A stretch of 64,000 bases of DNA from a virus. Its lineage: Duplodnaviria; Caudoviricetes. The stretch spans positions 1 to 64,000 of IMG/VR virus record IMGVR_UViG_3300030330_003269; one strand, given 5' to 3'. This document shows positions 9,224-19,500 of this stretch, piece by piece. The notes beneath the pieces were generated by a model, which saw nothing but the letters and a program-made list of their open reading frames with translations, did not search any database and had not been told where the DNA came from. The number at the start of each line of letters is the position of its first letter. The stretch's first letter is position 1. The position numbers and the translations under genes were made by a program.

Positions 9224-10131
9224 ACAAAGATGAAAAATATGAAGCAAGAATTAAGTCCATGAGGGACTTTACTTATGATTGGAAGCCTGAAAATGCAGAC
9301 GACCCATCAAAGCCAATTTTGAAGATTAGTAAATCTTCTTTGGTGGGTTCTTTCGGTTGGTGCAATAAGAAATATGAATTTCAATATATTCAACGATTGC
9401 CGACTGACCAAACAGAAGCGATGAGAAAGGGAACTATTCTTCACAACTACCGTGAAGAATTCTTTAATGAATTTGACATTAAAAAGGCAGAAGCCATGAA
9501 TAATTCAGAGGTTCTTGAATACTGCACCAGCCTTATGCCGATTGATGAGTATTATGACCTCTCATTAACAGTCGCCGCATTTGAGGCACAACGCTTCATT
9601 GAGGCAAGAAGTGAAGAAAGAATTGATGAATTTTTACCAGTAATCAATGAAAAAGTATTTGATTGTGAAATTACTATTCCTAAGAATGTAAGTAAGAAAT
9701 ATCCTTTACAACGAGATTATGTCGTGAGACTTCAAGGTATCATTGACCGTGTGTTTATTGAGAATGGGAAACTAATTCCCTTTGAATATAAGACAGGCAG
9801 TTGGAAAGATTCTAAGACTTCTTCTATGCGTCAAGAAATGGCTTTCTATAAACTGATGATTGATAATGCACCCGAAGAAGTGCTTGAAAAACACGGTTTG
9901 ACAAAAGATATGGAAGTTAGCCATTGGGGTTGGTATTATCCTGTTGCTAACCATATTACAGTTGAACCTGTTTTGAAGCGTTCAATGACGGCTCTTTGGG
10001 ATAATATTGCTAAGTTAATTTATACTTATGAACAAGGGCATTTCCCTGCTTCATTTTACATGAAAACCTGTTCTCAGTATTGTTCTTATTATGGAATTTG
10101 TGAAGCGGCACAGAATGATTCATGGTTGTGA
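9214..10131 (+). CDS. Cas4/RecB-like PD-(D/E)xK exonuclease with Fe-S cysteines
   Basis: SKSSL..WC, KGTILH, GIIDRV, EYKTG, QEMAFY, C-terminal CSQYCSYYGIC. Confidence 0.85.
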   Translation: MVLNKDEKYEARIKSMRDFTYDWKPENADDPSKPILKISKSSLVGSFGWCNKKYEFQYIQRLPTDQTEAMRKGTILHNYREEFFNEFDIKKAEAMNNSEVLEYCTSLMPIDEYYDLSLTVAAFEAQRFIEARSEERIDEFLPVINEKVFDCEITIPKNVSKKYPLQRDYVVRLQGIIDRVFIENGKLIPFEYKTGSWKDSKTSSMRQEMAFYKLMIDNAPEEVLEKHGLTKDMEVSHWGWYYPVANHITVEPVLKRSMTALWDNIAKLIYTYEQGHFPASFYMKTCSQYCSYYGICEAAQNDSWL

Positions 10132-10135
10132 TAAT

Positions 10136-10501
10136 ATGAAAGAATTAATTGAAAAGAAGGTCTTATCAAGAAATTGGTCATTCAATGAGATTTCGGATTT
10201 GAGAAATACAATTTCTCTTATCTGTAATGACATTTACTCAGAAATGAGTCTTATTGAAAAATTTAAAATAATTGATGAATTAAGAATTAAAGAAGATTAT
10301 GTTGGTAAATATTTTAGTGATGTGATGAAAGAAATGGTTTATGCATCACTACAAATACAGATAGCAGATACGATTAAGTCTCTGTTAAATACCGCAACAG
10401 TAAATTTTGGAGGTAATAAAAATGAAGTTTCCGAGAATGGTTTGGGCGGGGAGTCAAATCAAGAACGCTCCGCAGATGAGAAGAAAGAAAATGGAAAGTA
10501 A
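10136..10501 (+). CDS. Hypothetical protein
   Basis: ORF directly after the nuclease (MKELIEKK...). Confidence 0.65.
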   Translation: MKELIEKKVLSRNWSFNEISDLRNTISLICNDIYSEMSLIEKFKIIDELRIKEDYVGKYFSDVMKEMVYASLQIQIADTIKSLLNTATVNFGGNKNEVSENGLGGESNQERSADEKKENGK

Positions 10502-11450
10502 AGAACAGTATATTAAATTCGTTCAATCTCAAAACAATAGAACGAATGTATATACTACTGTTTATGACTTTGAGCATTTTAGTGAAAAGATGGCTATTGA
10601 TTCAACGGTGATTATTGATAGAATCTTTTTGGACTTTGATGCACATGAAGATGAATTAGATAAAGCATGGCGTGATGTGAAGGAAGTGATGCAGTTGGTA
10701 ATTCAAAGAAATTATCTTCATACGCTTTTCTTTTCGGGGCGTGGTTTTCATTTATTCATCTTTGGTAAGAGAACTAATAATATGAGAAATGTTCAGACTC
10801 TTTTTAAAGAAATCAAAGAATACTTGGTTTCTAAAGTAGGTAAGGATAATACACTTGATGAAAGAGTAGGTCAAATTACTCGTCTACGAAGAGTGCCAAA
10901 TACTGTAAATATGTCTTCTTCTGATGGAGAGGGTAATGCTCGCTATTGCATTCCTTTGACTGTTGATGACCTATCTCTTAGTATTGAAGAAATACTCGTA
11001 TTAGCAAAAGAGCCTCGCCATTTATCCTTCCGAAAGGGTGGAGAAGTGGAGGCCACTTTCCCCGAAGCACCCCCTATTAAGGAAATGCGGGGGTCGGTTT
11101 CTGTGCCAAAGGGCGTAGGAAAATTACCTATCTTGCCTTGTTTGCATAATGCGGTCATGGTGGAGAATCCAACGCATATAGCAAGAGCATACCTCGTTTC
11201 TTGGTATCGGGACTTGCTTTCGGGCTACCAAGACCTAAATACACACCAAGTTAAAGAGGAAGTGCTTGAGTCGGTGGTTGAAGAACTTGAGAGAGTCTTT
11301 GGCAAGTCCGATTCAGTATGGCTTGATTGGGATAAAAACACCACAAAGAAACACGCACGATTTACTGTGCATAATAACTACAATACGCCTCATTGTGATA
11401 GATTGATTAGTGAAGGGTTTTGTGTGGGTAAATGCTGGAGGTATTCTTGA
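10422..11450 (+). CDS. Archaeo-eukaryotic primase, PriS fused to a PriL-like Fe-S domain
   Basis: Motifs FLDFD, SGRGFH and RLRRVPNT; C-terminal LPCL...H...YNTPHC...C...C. Confidence 0.88.
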   Translation: MKFPRMVWAGSQIKNAPQMRRKKMESKEQYIKFVQSQNNRTNVYTTVYDFEHFSEKMAIDSTVIIDRIFLDFDAHEDELDKAWRDVKEVMQLVIQRNYLHTLFFSGRGFHLFIFGKRTNNMRNVQTLFKEIKEYLVSKVGKDNTLDERVGQITRLRRVPNTVNMSSSDGEGNARYCIPLTVDDLSLSIEEILVLAKEPRHLSFRKGGEVEATFPEAPPIKEMRGSVSVPKGVGKLPILPCLHNAVMVENPTHIARAYLVSWYRDLLSGYQDLNTHQVKEEVLESVVEELERVFGKSDSVWLDWDKNTTKKHARFTVHNNYNTPHCDRLISEGFCVGKCWRYS

Positions 11451-11546
11451 TGGAAAGAAAAAGCATAATGTTTTACTCAAGGGTCTGTTTTTATTGTTTA
11501 GGCAGTATTGCTTTTATTGTAAATATAGTTATGGAGGTAGGTATAA

Positions 11547-12236
11547 ATGCTTGTTATTGATTCAAGAGAAAAATCGAAATTGGCTAAATTAGTTTTGCAG
11601 AAAGCAAAAGCCATGCAGATACCAACTGAAACCAAATGGTTAGAAATTGGTGATTATGTTTTTGATGATGTTTGCTTTGAAGCGAAATCAACAACGGATT
11701 TCTTAGGTTCAGTAATGTCCAAAAGATTGTGGACTCAATTAGACAACATGGATAGACATTATGCTACTAATATTGTAATTATTCATGGCGATATGCAAGA
11801 AGCAATTTTAAATGTTATTGAAAATTCAAAAAGCAACATGACAGTCGGTTCAAGAAGTATTATGTTAAATAATAAATTTCTTGGAGCAATCGGTAGAATT
11901 GTTCTTGATACAGACATTAAGCCCTTTTGGGTGCAAACAGAAGAAGAAGCAGCATTGATTATAACCGCAGTAAGTAAGATGAAACCATTAACGAGAGAAA
12001 CAATAGCCCCACAAGTATTTAAAAGATTAACAACAGATGATTTAAGAATTGATTTACTAAGTAGCATCAAAGGCGTATCTATTAAAAAGGCAAAACAACT
12101 AATAAAACAATTTGGCTCTATTATGGAAATAGGCGAGTGTTCGGCTTACGAATTACAAGCCGTTGAAGGAATTGGAGAAACTTTAGCCAACAGAATAATC
12201 TCCACATTGAACTCGGAAGAGAAGGTGAAAATATGA
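11547..12236 (+). CDS. ERCC4/XPF-type structure-specific nuclease with HhH
   Basis: VIDSRE, LEIGDY, FEAKS, tandem HhH (IKGVS; VEGIG). Confidence 0.9.
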   Translation: MLVIDSREKSKLAKLVLQKAKAMQIPTETKWLEIGDYVFDDVCFEAKSTTDFLGSVMSKRLWTQLDNMDRHYATNIVIIHGDMQEAILNVIENSKSNMTVGSRSIMLNNKFLGAIGRIVLDTDIKPFWVQTEEEAALIITAVSKMKPLTRETIAPQVFKRLTTDDLRIDLLSSIKGVSIKKAKQLIKQFGSIMEIGECSAYELQAVEGIGETLANRIISTLNSEEKVKI

Positions 12237-13711
12237 AAGAAGAAAATTTATATGAAAACGAAGACATGGATTCGTATTGGGATAATTTTGAAGCCAATGC
12301 GTCTGTATTTAGAGAAGCATTACCTAAAGTAATTAGGGATTTTCAGGGGGAAGCAGTAAAGTTTTCCCATTATAATGATATTCCTGCTGGTATTTCTTTC
12401 TTTACAATCCTTGGACAAATTGTCAAAGACTTTATCTATGTCCCAAGTGGAAGCAATCTTGAAGATACCCGAATACATTTTTGTTGGGTTCAAACAAGCG
12501 GAACTGGCAAATCTACATTGTGGAACTTTGTTGGGCCTGTTTCAAAAAATGTATTTAAAAGAATTAACGATAAAGGAAAGCATCCATCCTTGGCTCTAAA
12601 GGATAGACCAACGATGAAAAGAACTTTTGATGTTTTTGGTTTGACAGATTACACAGATTCTGTTCTTATTGGTGGATTTAAGAAAGAATTTGATGATGAA
12701 GGAGAAATCGTCTGGGAAAGAATTGCTGGTCAATTGGAAGGAAATGGTTTGGCTCATTGGGATGAATTTGAATATTCAGGTATCTTTAAACAAAGCCAGC
12801 ATCAAGAAAAGTCTATTGTATATATGAATACTCTAATGAATTCATTGGCGGGAGAATCTTGGATTATCTCAAAGGCTCTGACTTCTTTTGAGAATCAAGT
12901 TATGGAATGCTTCTCTGAGCGTTCTGTTATGGCTATGACTTATCCTCCTAACAATCTAAATGATGTTATGGCTGAAAAGGGTGTTCTTCAAAGAATGCTT
13001 TTGTTTGTTTGGGAAGTCCCTAAGTTCATTCAACATAAAATGCGTCTTGAACAGATTCGCCAAGCAGGAAAATATATTCCTGTTGAGCAAGAGATTGAAA
13101 GGTATTCAAATGCTTTATTTACTATTTATGAATTGGTTGAGGAAAGATTTAGAGAAGTAGGAGGCGACCCGCTTAAAGTGATGAGGTATTCACCAGATTA
13201 CAACGATGTTCTCAGATTAGAATACAATAACATGAACAATTATCTTTGGAATACTCGCCCCGAAGTTGAAGCGATTGCGTCAAATTTTACTACCAGATTG
13301 ATGAAAATTCTGATGAAAATGGCAGTTCTATGTAGTGTTGCATCTGCACCTTCAATTAAAAATAAAAACGATAGATTCATAGTAACTGGGCATAATGTCC
13401 GTCAAGCCGCAACTATTGTCCGACAGTCTTATATGACATTGGTTGATTGGTTGGAGCGAAGCCTACGGGTGCGGCAGAAGTCGGTTGCGGAAAAGGCTGA
13501 TGAATCAATCTTCAAGAAAGCATTTGAGGTTCTTGACAAAAATGAAGAAGGATTTGTTCACAAAGGAAAATTGTTTGAGACTGTGAAAAAGAAATCTAAG
13601 AAATCACAATCTCAAGTCTATCGCAACTACGCATCAATTCAACATAAGTTTGAAGAAACAAAAATTGGGCAAAGCAAGTATGTTAAATACATCGCAGGTG
13701 ATATAGAATGA
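12233..13711 (+). CDS. AAA+ helicase-like ATPase (MCM-like/putative replicative helicase)
   Basis: Walker A SGTGKS, Walker B HWDEF, Arg finger GVLQRM, sensor TTRL, C-terminal winged-helix-like segment. Confidence 0.6.
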   Translation: MKEENLYENEDMDSYWDNFEANASVFREALPKVIRDFQGEAVKFSHYNDIPAGISFFTILGQIVKDFIYVPSGSNLEDTRIHFCWVQTSGTGKSTLWNFVGPVSKNVFKRINDKGKHPSLALKDRPTMKRTFDVFGLTDYTDSVLIGGFKKEFDDEGEIVWERIAGQLEGNGLAHWDEFEYSGIFKQSQHQEKSIVYMNTLMNSLAGESWIISKALTSFENQVMECFSERSVMAMTYPPNNLNDVMAEKGVLQRMLLFVWEVPKFIQHKMRLEQIRQAGKYIPVEQEIERYSNALFTIYELVEERFREVGGDPLKVMRYSPDYNDVLRLEYNNMNNYLWNTRPEVEAIASNFTTRLMKILMKMAVLCSVASAPSIKNKNDRFIVTGHNVRQAATIVRQSYMTLVDWLERSLRVRQKSVAEKADESIFKKAFEVLDKNEEGFVHKGKLFETVKKKSKKSQSQVYRNYASIQHKFEETKIGQSKYVKYIAGDIE

Positions 13712-13935
13712 AGTGGGAAAATACAGTATTATACTTTGAAATCTCTAAAGGGCCAAATGTTATCGTTGATACTTTGAATACCTATGGTGATGATGGTTGG
13801 GAATGTTGTGCTATGCTAAGTGTAGCAAATAAGCAAATCGTGGCTTTCCTGAAGCGACGAACCGACCTTAACGAAGAACCAAAGGTGGATAAAGAAGAAG
13901 AAAAGATTTCCAAACTTTGGTCTAGCGGTGATTAA
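13708..13935 (+). CDS. DUF4177-like small protein
   Basis: LNTYGDDGWE...FLKR pattern. Confidence 0.6.
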   Translation: MKWENTVLYFEISKGPNVIVDTLNTYGDDGWECCAMLSVANKQIVAFLKRRTDLNEEPKVDKEEEKISKLWSSGD

Positions 13936-14530
13936 AGTGTCGGTTTTGGCTATTGACCTTGAAACCAAAAATATGTCGTATGACATTGGTGGTTTCGGTA
14001 ATACCCATATGTTTCAGGTTTCAACAGTAGCCACTTGGGATGGAAACAACGGAACTGTTTATGTTGATGAACCCGTTGAATCCTTTTCTAAATCGGGACA
14101 TATTGTAAAACCATTGAGTGAACTCAAATATGATTTAGATAATCATTTACAAAAGGGCGGATTGTTGTTAGGCCATAACATCGCTTCTTTTGATTTACCC
14201 ATCCTAAGAGACTCAATGGATATTTACTGCATCACAAAGTATCTAAAAGATAAAAAGTATATTGATACTTCTAAAGCACTACTAAAAGGACATGGTGAAA
14301 GATACCAACTCAAAAACTTGGTAAAATGCACAATGAATGACTTTAAATTAATGGAAAGTGCAGATGCGCCCCGACTATGGAAAATGGGTAAGTTTGATGA
14401 AGTCGTTGAGTATTGTATGAAAGATACACAGTTAGTATATGACCTTTGGAAATATGGTCAGGATAATGGATTTGTTAAAGGATTCTCTATTGAACATGGA
14501 GAACACAAAGATTTGGAGGTGAATTGGTAA
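13928..14530 (+). CDS. DEDD/RNase H-like 3'-5' exonuclease
   Basis: IDLET, GHNIASFDLPIL, YCMKD. Confidence 0.85.
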   Translation: MIKVSVLAIDLETKNMSYDIGGFGNTHMFQVSTVATWDGNNGTVYVDEPVESFSKSGHIVKPLSELKYDLDNHLQKGGLLLGHNIASFDLPILRDSMDIYCITKYLKDKKYIDTSKALLKGHGERYQLKNLVKCTMNDFKLMESADAPRLWKMGKFDEVVEYCMKDTQLVYDLWKYGQDNGFVKGFSIEHGEHKDLEVNW

Positions 14531-14676
14531 TGGATGGTTGGGATTGGTTCGGATTAATCATTTTCGTCATCATTCTGATGCTTCTCTTCTTTGCCGCTTT
14601 TGGTGGAACTTCAATTACCGATGAAAGCGTTGAAGAATATATGAAGCGTCTTATGAGTGAAGATGCTAAAAAGTGA
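14530..14676 (+). CDS. Small single-pass membrane protein (not in ORF track)
   Basis: MDGWDWFGLIIFVIILMLLFFAAFGG...; GGAGGTG RBS, TAATG coupling. Confidence 0.65.
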   Translation: MDGWDWFGLIIFVIILMLLFFAAFGGTSITDESVEEYMKRLMSEDAKK

Positions 14677-14680
14677 TTAG

Positions 14681-14821
14681 ATGGGTCTAAAACAGGCTTG
14701 CCCGTATTGTTCGGAAAAAACCGTAGCCAAACGGCTATACGGTTTTTATGTGGGTTCAACCGAACAAGTTAAATTGTGGGAATGTAGGGCTTGTTTAGGA
14801 ATATGGTCAGAAAAAACATGA
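14681..14821 (+). CDS. 46-aa zinc-ribbon protein with TFS/TFIIS C-domain-like spacing (not in ORF track)
   Basis: MGLKQACPYC-x24-CRAC-x3-W. Confidence 0.6.
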   Translation: MGLKQACPYCSEKTVAKRLYGFYVGSTEQVKLWECRACLGIWSEKT

Positions 14822-14859
14822 GGGGGGCTTCGGCCTCCCTCGCTTTTTTTTGGCTTTTT
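14821..14859 (+). terminator. Hairpin plus U-tract terminator at the convergence of the replication and virion modules
   Basis: AGGGGGGC-TTCG-GCCTCCCT (cUUCGg tetraloop) followed by T8 and T6 runs. Confidence 0.8.
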
Positions 14860-14916
14860 ATCCGTTCTGTAAAATTTATTTTGTTCGGCTAAATCAGGAG
14901 ATTAAGCCATACAAAA

Positions 14917-16182
14917 TCAATCACTAATAATCATATGTCCAGTAACTAATGGTGGAACGCTATCGTTATGTGCTTGTAATGTAACATATTCATGTGGTGC
15001 TAATGTTATTTGATTAGCAACGGCAATTTTAGCATGAGTGGTAAGTCCTAAATTAATAGTAGGGTTTCCTAAAATAGTAATAGACACACCACCAATATTT
15101 ACAATATGTAAAATAGTTCCAGCCGCAGGTGGAGGTAAAGTAATTTGGTTTGCTGGTGTAAGGGCGGTAATATCATTTACATAGACAACAGTTTTTCCAC
15201 CTGTAATAATTGGACCTGTTGCGGTTTCATGCACTTCATAACCAAGAAGTTGATTATCAGTTGAACTAATTGTCCCTACCGTTATTGAATTTGAGGTTGT
15301 AGCACCTCTTCCAGTAACTGTGTCTAATGTATCTGATTCTGCACTTAATGTTCCTGCTCCAATATCACTTCTAACTTCTGTTCCTGTTCTAAAATCTACA
15401 TTTCCACCACTATCTAAAACCAAGAACTTATCTGTATCTGTTCCAGCATTTACTACACTTCCTAGATTTACCGTCCCTGCAATTGATGTTGCACCTAATC
15501 CATTTACTGAAAATACTTCAGTAAGTGTGTCAGTTAAATCTCCATCAGCGTCATCATCAGTAACTATCTCAAATTTCTCATCAGCAGTATTATCTCCTAA
15601 AACAAATCTAATATCTGCATCTGCTATTTTATTATGGAAAGTTGTTTTAGTAGAAGTGCCTTCTACTGACATAGCCTCTGTATAACCACTAGAATCATAT
15701 CCTACGCTCAAACTATTTTCAGTCTTATGAACTGTTAAGTATTGAATATTTGGGTCGCTTCCTGTATGAGTAATAACAGCAATAATAGTATCTGCTCCCG
15801 CTACTCCAGAAGCAGGGTGTCTATATTCAGGAACTTTATTTACTGCGGTTGGGTTTCTAATTTCTAAAACAGGGGCAGTTGCGTGATTATTAGCAACTAA
15901 CAAATGATAACCGTTTGTATATGATGAACTTAAAGTTAAATTATTTACACCCGCAACAGCAATTCTTTTACCATCACGAAAAATAACCCCTGCACCAACA
16001 TCAATTTGCGTTGCGCTATCAACAGTAATATCAAAGCCACTAATTGCATAGTTTTGTCCTAATCCATCAGATAAAGCCTTAATAATCCCAGTATGCGGAA
16101 AATCCACATCATCTTCAATTTGATTTGCAGTTCCTGTTGTGCTTTGACCATAGTAGTTTCTATTGCTTACCATCTTATTCAA
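14917..16182 (-). CDS. Putative tail fibre/baseplate structural protein
   Basis: Thr/Gly/Asp-rich beta protein; N-terminal ISGFDIT...IDVGAGVIF...G attachment-like segment and TLDTVTGRGATT repeat-type motif; last gene of the tail cluster. Confidence 0.6.
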   Translation of the reverse strand: MNKMVSNRNYYGQSTTGTANQIEDDVDFPHTGIIKALSDGLGQNYAISGFDITVDSATQIDVGAGVIFRDGKRIAVAGVNNLTLSSSYTNGYHLLVANNHATAPVLEIRNPTAVNKVPEYRHPASGVAGADTIIAVITHTGSDPNIQYLTVHKTENSLSVGYDSSGYTEAMSVEGTSTKTTFHNKIADADIRFVLGDNTADEKFEIVTDDDADGDLTDTLTEVFSVNGLGATSIAGTVNLGSVVNAGTDTDKFLVLDSGGNVDFRTGTEVRSDIGAGTLSAESDTLDTVTGRGATTSNSITVGTISSTDNQLLGYEVHETATGPIITGGKTVVYVNDITALTPANQITLPPPAAGTILHIVNIGGVSITILGNPTINLGLTTHAKIAVANQITLAPHEYVTLQAHNDSVPPLVTGHMIISD

Positions 16183-16549
16183 CCTCCAATAAAATAAACA
16201 GTTCTAATGTTTCTGTTGTGGAAAATGGGCCAACTCCGTCAAAGTTAGTTCTAAATAGAGAGTAATCTACTCTAGGACTTCTTGAAGCATGGGCTGATAA
16301 AGTATTGTCATCAAACAAACCAACTTCACGAATAACCTGTCCTTGAATAGAACTACCTGCTACTGAAACTTTAATTTCTAATACATTCAAATCAGATTCA
16401 GTTTTGACTAATGTAGGAGAAACACTTAATGGAACATCTAAATCAGTTGATATAGGATTAGTTGAATTACCTCCCAAGCCTATTTTAGCACTAGTAATAA
16501 TGCTTTTAAGGTGGGAAACAAGTTGTTTTTTAAGTTCATCAGTTATCAT
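16175..16549 (-). CDS. Tail/baseplate protein (tail-collar fibre N-domain-like)
   Basis: IGLGG...IREVGLF motif. Confidence 0.55.
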   Translation of the reverse strand: MITDELKKQLVSHLKSIITSAKIGLGGNSTNPISTDLDVPLSVSPTLVKTESDLNVLEIKVSVAGSSIQGQVIREVGLFDDNTLSAHASRSPRVDYSLFRTNFDGVGPFSTTETLELFILLEVE

Positions 16550-19500
16550 GTCAAATCCCTCTCCAATAAATCAGTAAGTGTAATACTTGCGCCGCCTTCA
16601 AATCCAAGTTTAGCAGTTGATGTATTGAACGCCTGTCCGAATCCGAAGGTCATACCGCCCGATGCCTCACGCTTGCGAACCAATAATTTAAGTCCTTTGA
16701 TGTTGATGCTATCCAAGAAATCAAAGGATATTTCGTTAGTGGTTAAATCATTATTTCTCAACGCTGCTTTTGTTTCCTTGCTTGAAACGAGAAGTTCAGA
16801 GAAAATATCGGAAAGGTCTTTTGTGTATCTTCCAAGTTGTAATTTAATAAAACCTGTCAATAGGTGTTCCATTTCTAAAATAATATATTCGCTCATTTCT
16901 ATGTTTTCTCTAGGAATAGAAACGTTTACAATATCTCCAGGTCTTAATTGATTTATTCCTTTATTTTGCATAGTAAATGTTAATTTTTGGTTTACTCTTG
17001 AATGAATAAGCAATAATCTAATTGCTTGTTTATTTACTTCTTCTTGAGTTAATAAAGTATTATCAACTACTTCTAAGGTCTTTCTTCCTCTTTTTTGGAT
17101 AGAACGAATGTCCTTTCTTGATGCTTTGTGAGATAGTCCATAAACAATAATTTCATTGTAAAAATCAAAAGTAGTTGAAACCTTTTCAAACTCTGATATT
17201 AAGTATTCTTCACTATCATCAATTATGATATTAGTATAATAGTCATTTGTGTCATCGGGAACAATTTTAAAAACATTGTTCTCTTCAACTAATTTCATCT
17301 CCTTTTTGTCTAAAACATATTTAATTGCTGAAAATAAATCCAATCCTTGATAATTAGGTGCTAAATACATAGGAGTATCAGTTGATGTTGTTTCAAATTC
17401 AATTCCTTCTTGTTCAAGTAATTCATTAATCAAGTCTTCTCCTTCAAGACCAACACTCACCGTTGAACCAATACACGCTCTTTTAGCATCAATTTGAATT
17501 TCTTGGGCAGTATCTAAAGTAAATGTTTCCGAAACGCTCACAACCCCTTGCATTTCTTTTATTTTTGAGAAATTTAAAACAACAGTATTTTGTGGAGTTG
17601 GGGAAGAAGTTCCATCAACAGACACATTTTTAATAACTTCAAGACTAGTTTTTGTATTATCTTCTCCATCAGACATATACATGTTATAATTTCCTTCAGA
17701 CATTATTTCTAAGAAATTTGTGTCTGTTCTCATAACCAAATGATTTTCCGTAGAACTTTGCTTATCAGGGTCTACTACAACATACATTGATAGAAATGCT
17801 TCTTGGTTTGGCCCCGTTTTATCTGGAGTTGAACCAGTAAGAGTTTTTCCTCTCGTTCCTTCAACAATATCAATGTCTTGATTAATATCATACATTTTAT
17901 CTTCATTTGCCATTTTAGTGTATTTTGAATGTAAAGTATTAAGTTTTATTTCTTTTGGGCTATAATCATAAAAAGTGGTTTCGTTTGGCTTAAGCACACG
18001 ATAAGCAGACTCATCCACCAATTGTTTATCTAAAATAAGATGATTCTTCAAACCACCAGAATTAGTCACGGTGTGAGAAACAACATAAATAATATCGTTA
18101 GGAACAACATTATTCATATTTCTTGAGGACTCGGCATTTTCATCACCTGTTATAACAGTTTTTCCTAAATCAATATCTTTTCCTGCTTCCGATACTAAAT
18201 AGCATCCAGTTAAGTCTATCATGTCCATCCAGCCTAATTTTTCAGCATAGGCATTGAAACCATATTCATAGAGAGTTCCACTTGATGAACCTATTGATGA
18301 AACAGTATCATGTTCGGAAGCATCATACCAAAGTCTTGGTTTAATACCTATTTTAATTCCTGTTGCTTCATAAGGAGAAGTAGTGGCCTTTGTGTTTGAT
18401 GAACCTCTTGTTTTTTCTCCAAAAATATAATTACTGCTTGTTTTCCCAATAGTCAAACTTCTTTTAGTTGAAGCAGCGTCATCATGGTCATACTGCCTTC
18501 CATCGCTAAGAGGAATTGTTGCCCCTGCATTAATATCATGTTTTTGCCCATTTTCAATCATATATGTATCTAAAGCAACCACTATATTATGGTCATATAA
18601 ATTATCAGCAAATCCTAACATATAGTAAAATGGTCTTGAAAAAAAGATTCTTGGTGTATTTCCTGGAGTATTAAGAGTATTAGAATAACTGACCCTAATT
18701 GGGAATACTACTGCATCAGTTGAAGCAAAACCAGCAATAACATTATTGTGGAATCCATGCCATGCATCTGAACTTTGAGAACCATAATTGCCGCTAACAA
18801 TTGCTCCTTTTTGAATATGTGCCCTATCTTCGGACATAAAGGTATCTCTATCTTTACTTCCTTCAAGACCGAAAGCAGTTCCTTGCCCACCATCTTTGTA
18901 TATATTTCCAACAGTTAAAGAAGCATCATCATTTAAATTAACATCGCTAGTAAATGTGATTACCTTTGTTCCAGTATCATAAGAATTAACTCGCCCTATA
19001 AGTTTGTAATTGGTATCATATAAAAAATCTCCGTTTGCTGGATTCGTTGATACTGTTGCTAATTTAATTTTTGTTGGTTCAGAGGCAAGAGAACCTGTCA
19101 TAGAATCAGTAATTGAAGTAGCGTCCAAAGTCCCAATAGCAGAAGAAAAGTGCTCACCAGTTAATTGTGCTACTCTAATGTATTCTTGATTAGGCACAGT
19201 TTCTTTCTCTGGATTAAATAAGTTATAGTGAATATCAAAACAAAGTTCAGTTAGTCTCATAATTCCAAATCTTTTAAGAGAGGAAATATCAGTATTGTTT
19301 TGTATAGTTATTGTTTGAAAATTATCATCTGTTAGGCGAACTTGATTCCCTGCGGTAGTATTTGTATATGTAAGAGAAGAATCTTTTGTTTTTTTGTTTT
19401 CAATAAGAAGTAAATTATAGTCTATGATGTTTTTATTACCATCCATAATACTATCTCCTCTTAATGAGGAATATGGTAAAATATCAGAATTAATATACAA

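Noticed and set aside
9214-10131. CRISPR-Cas adaptation module
   Set aside because: This is a solo Cas4-like nuclease in a replication operon, with no cas1/cas2 or array. Such nucleases are common in archaeal viruses.
13708-13935. W tag in an early gene (MKWENTVLY)
   Set aside because: The spacing is off and there is no Lys. MKWEY-like starts are intrinsic to DUF4177-type proteins.
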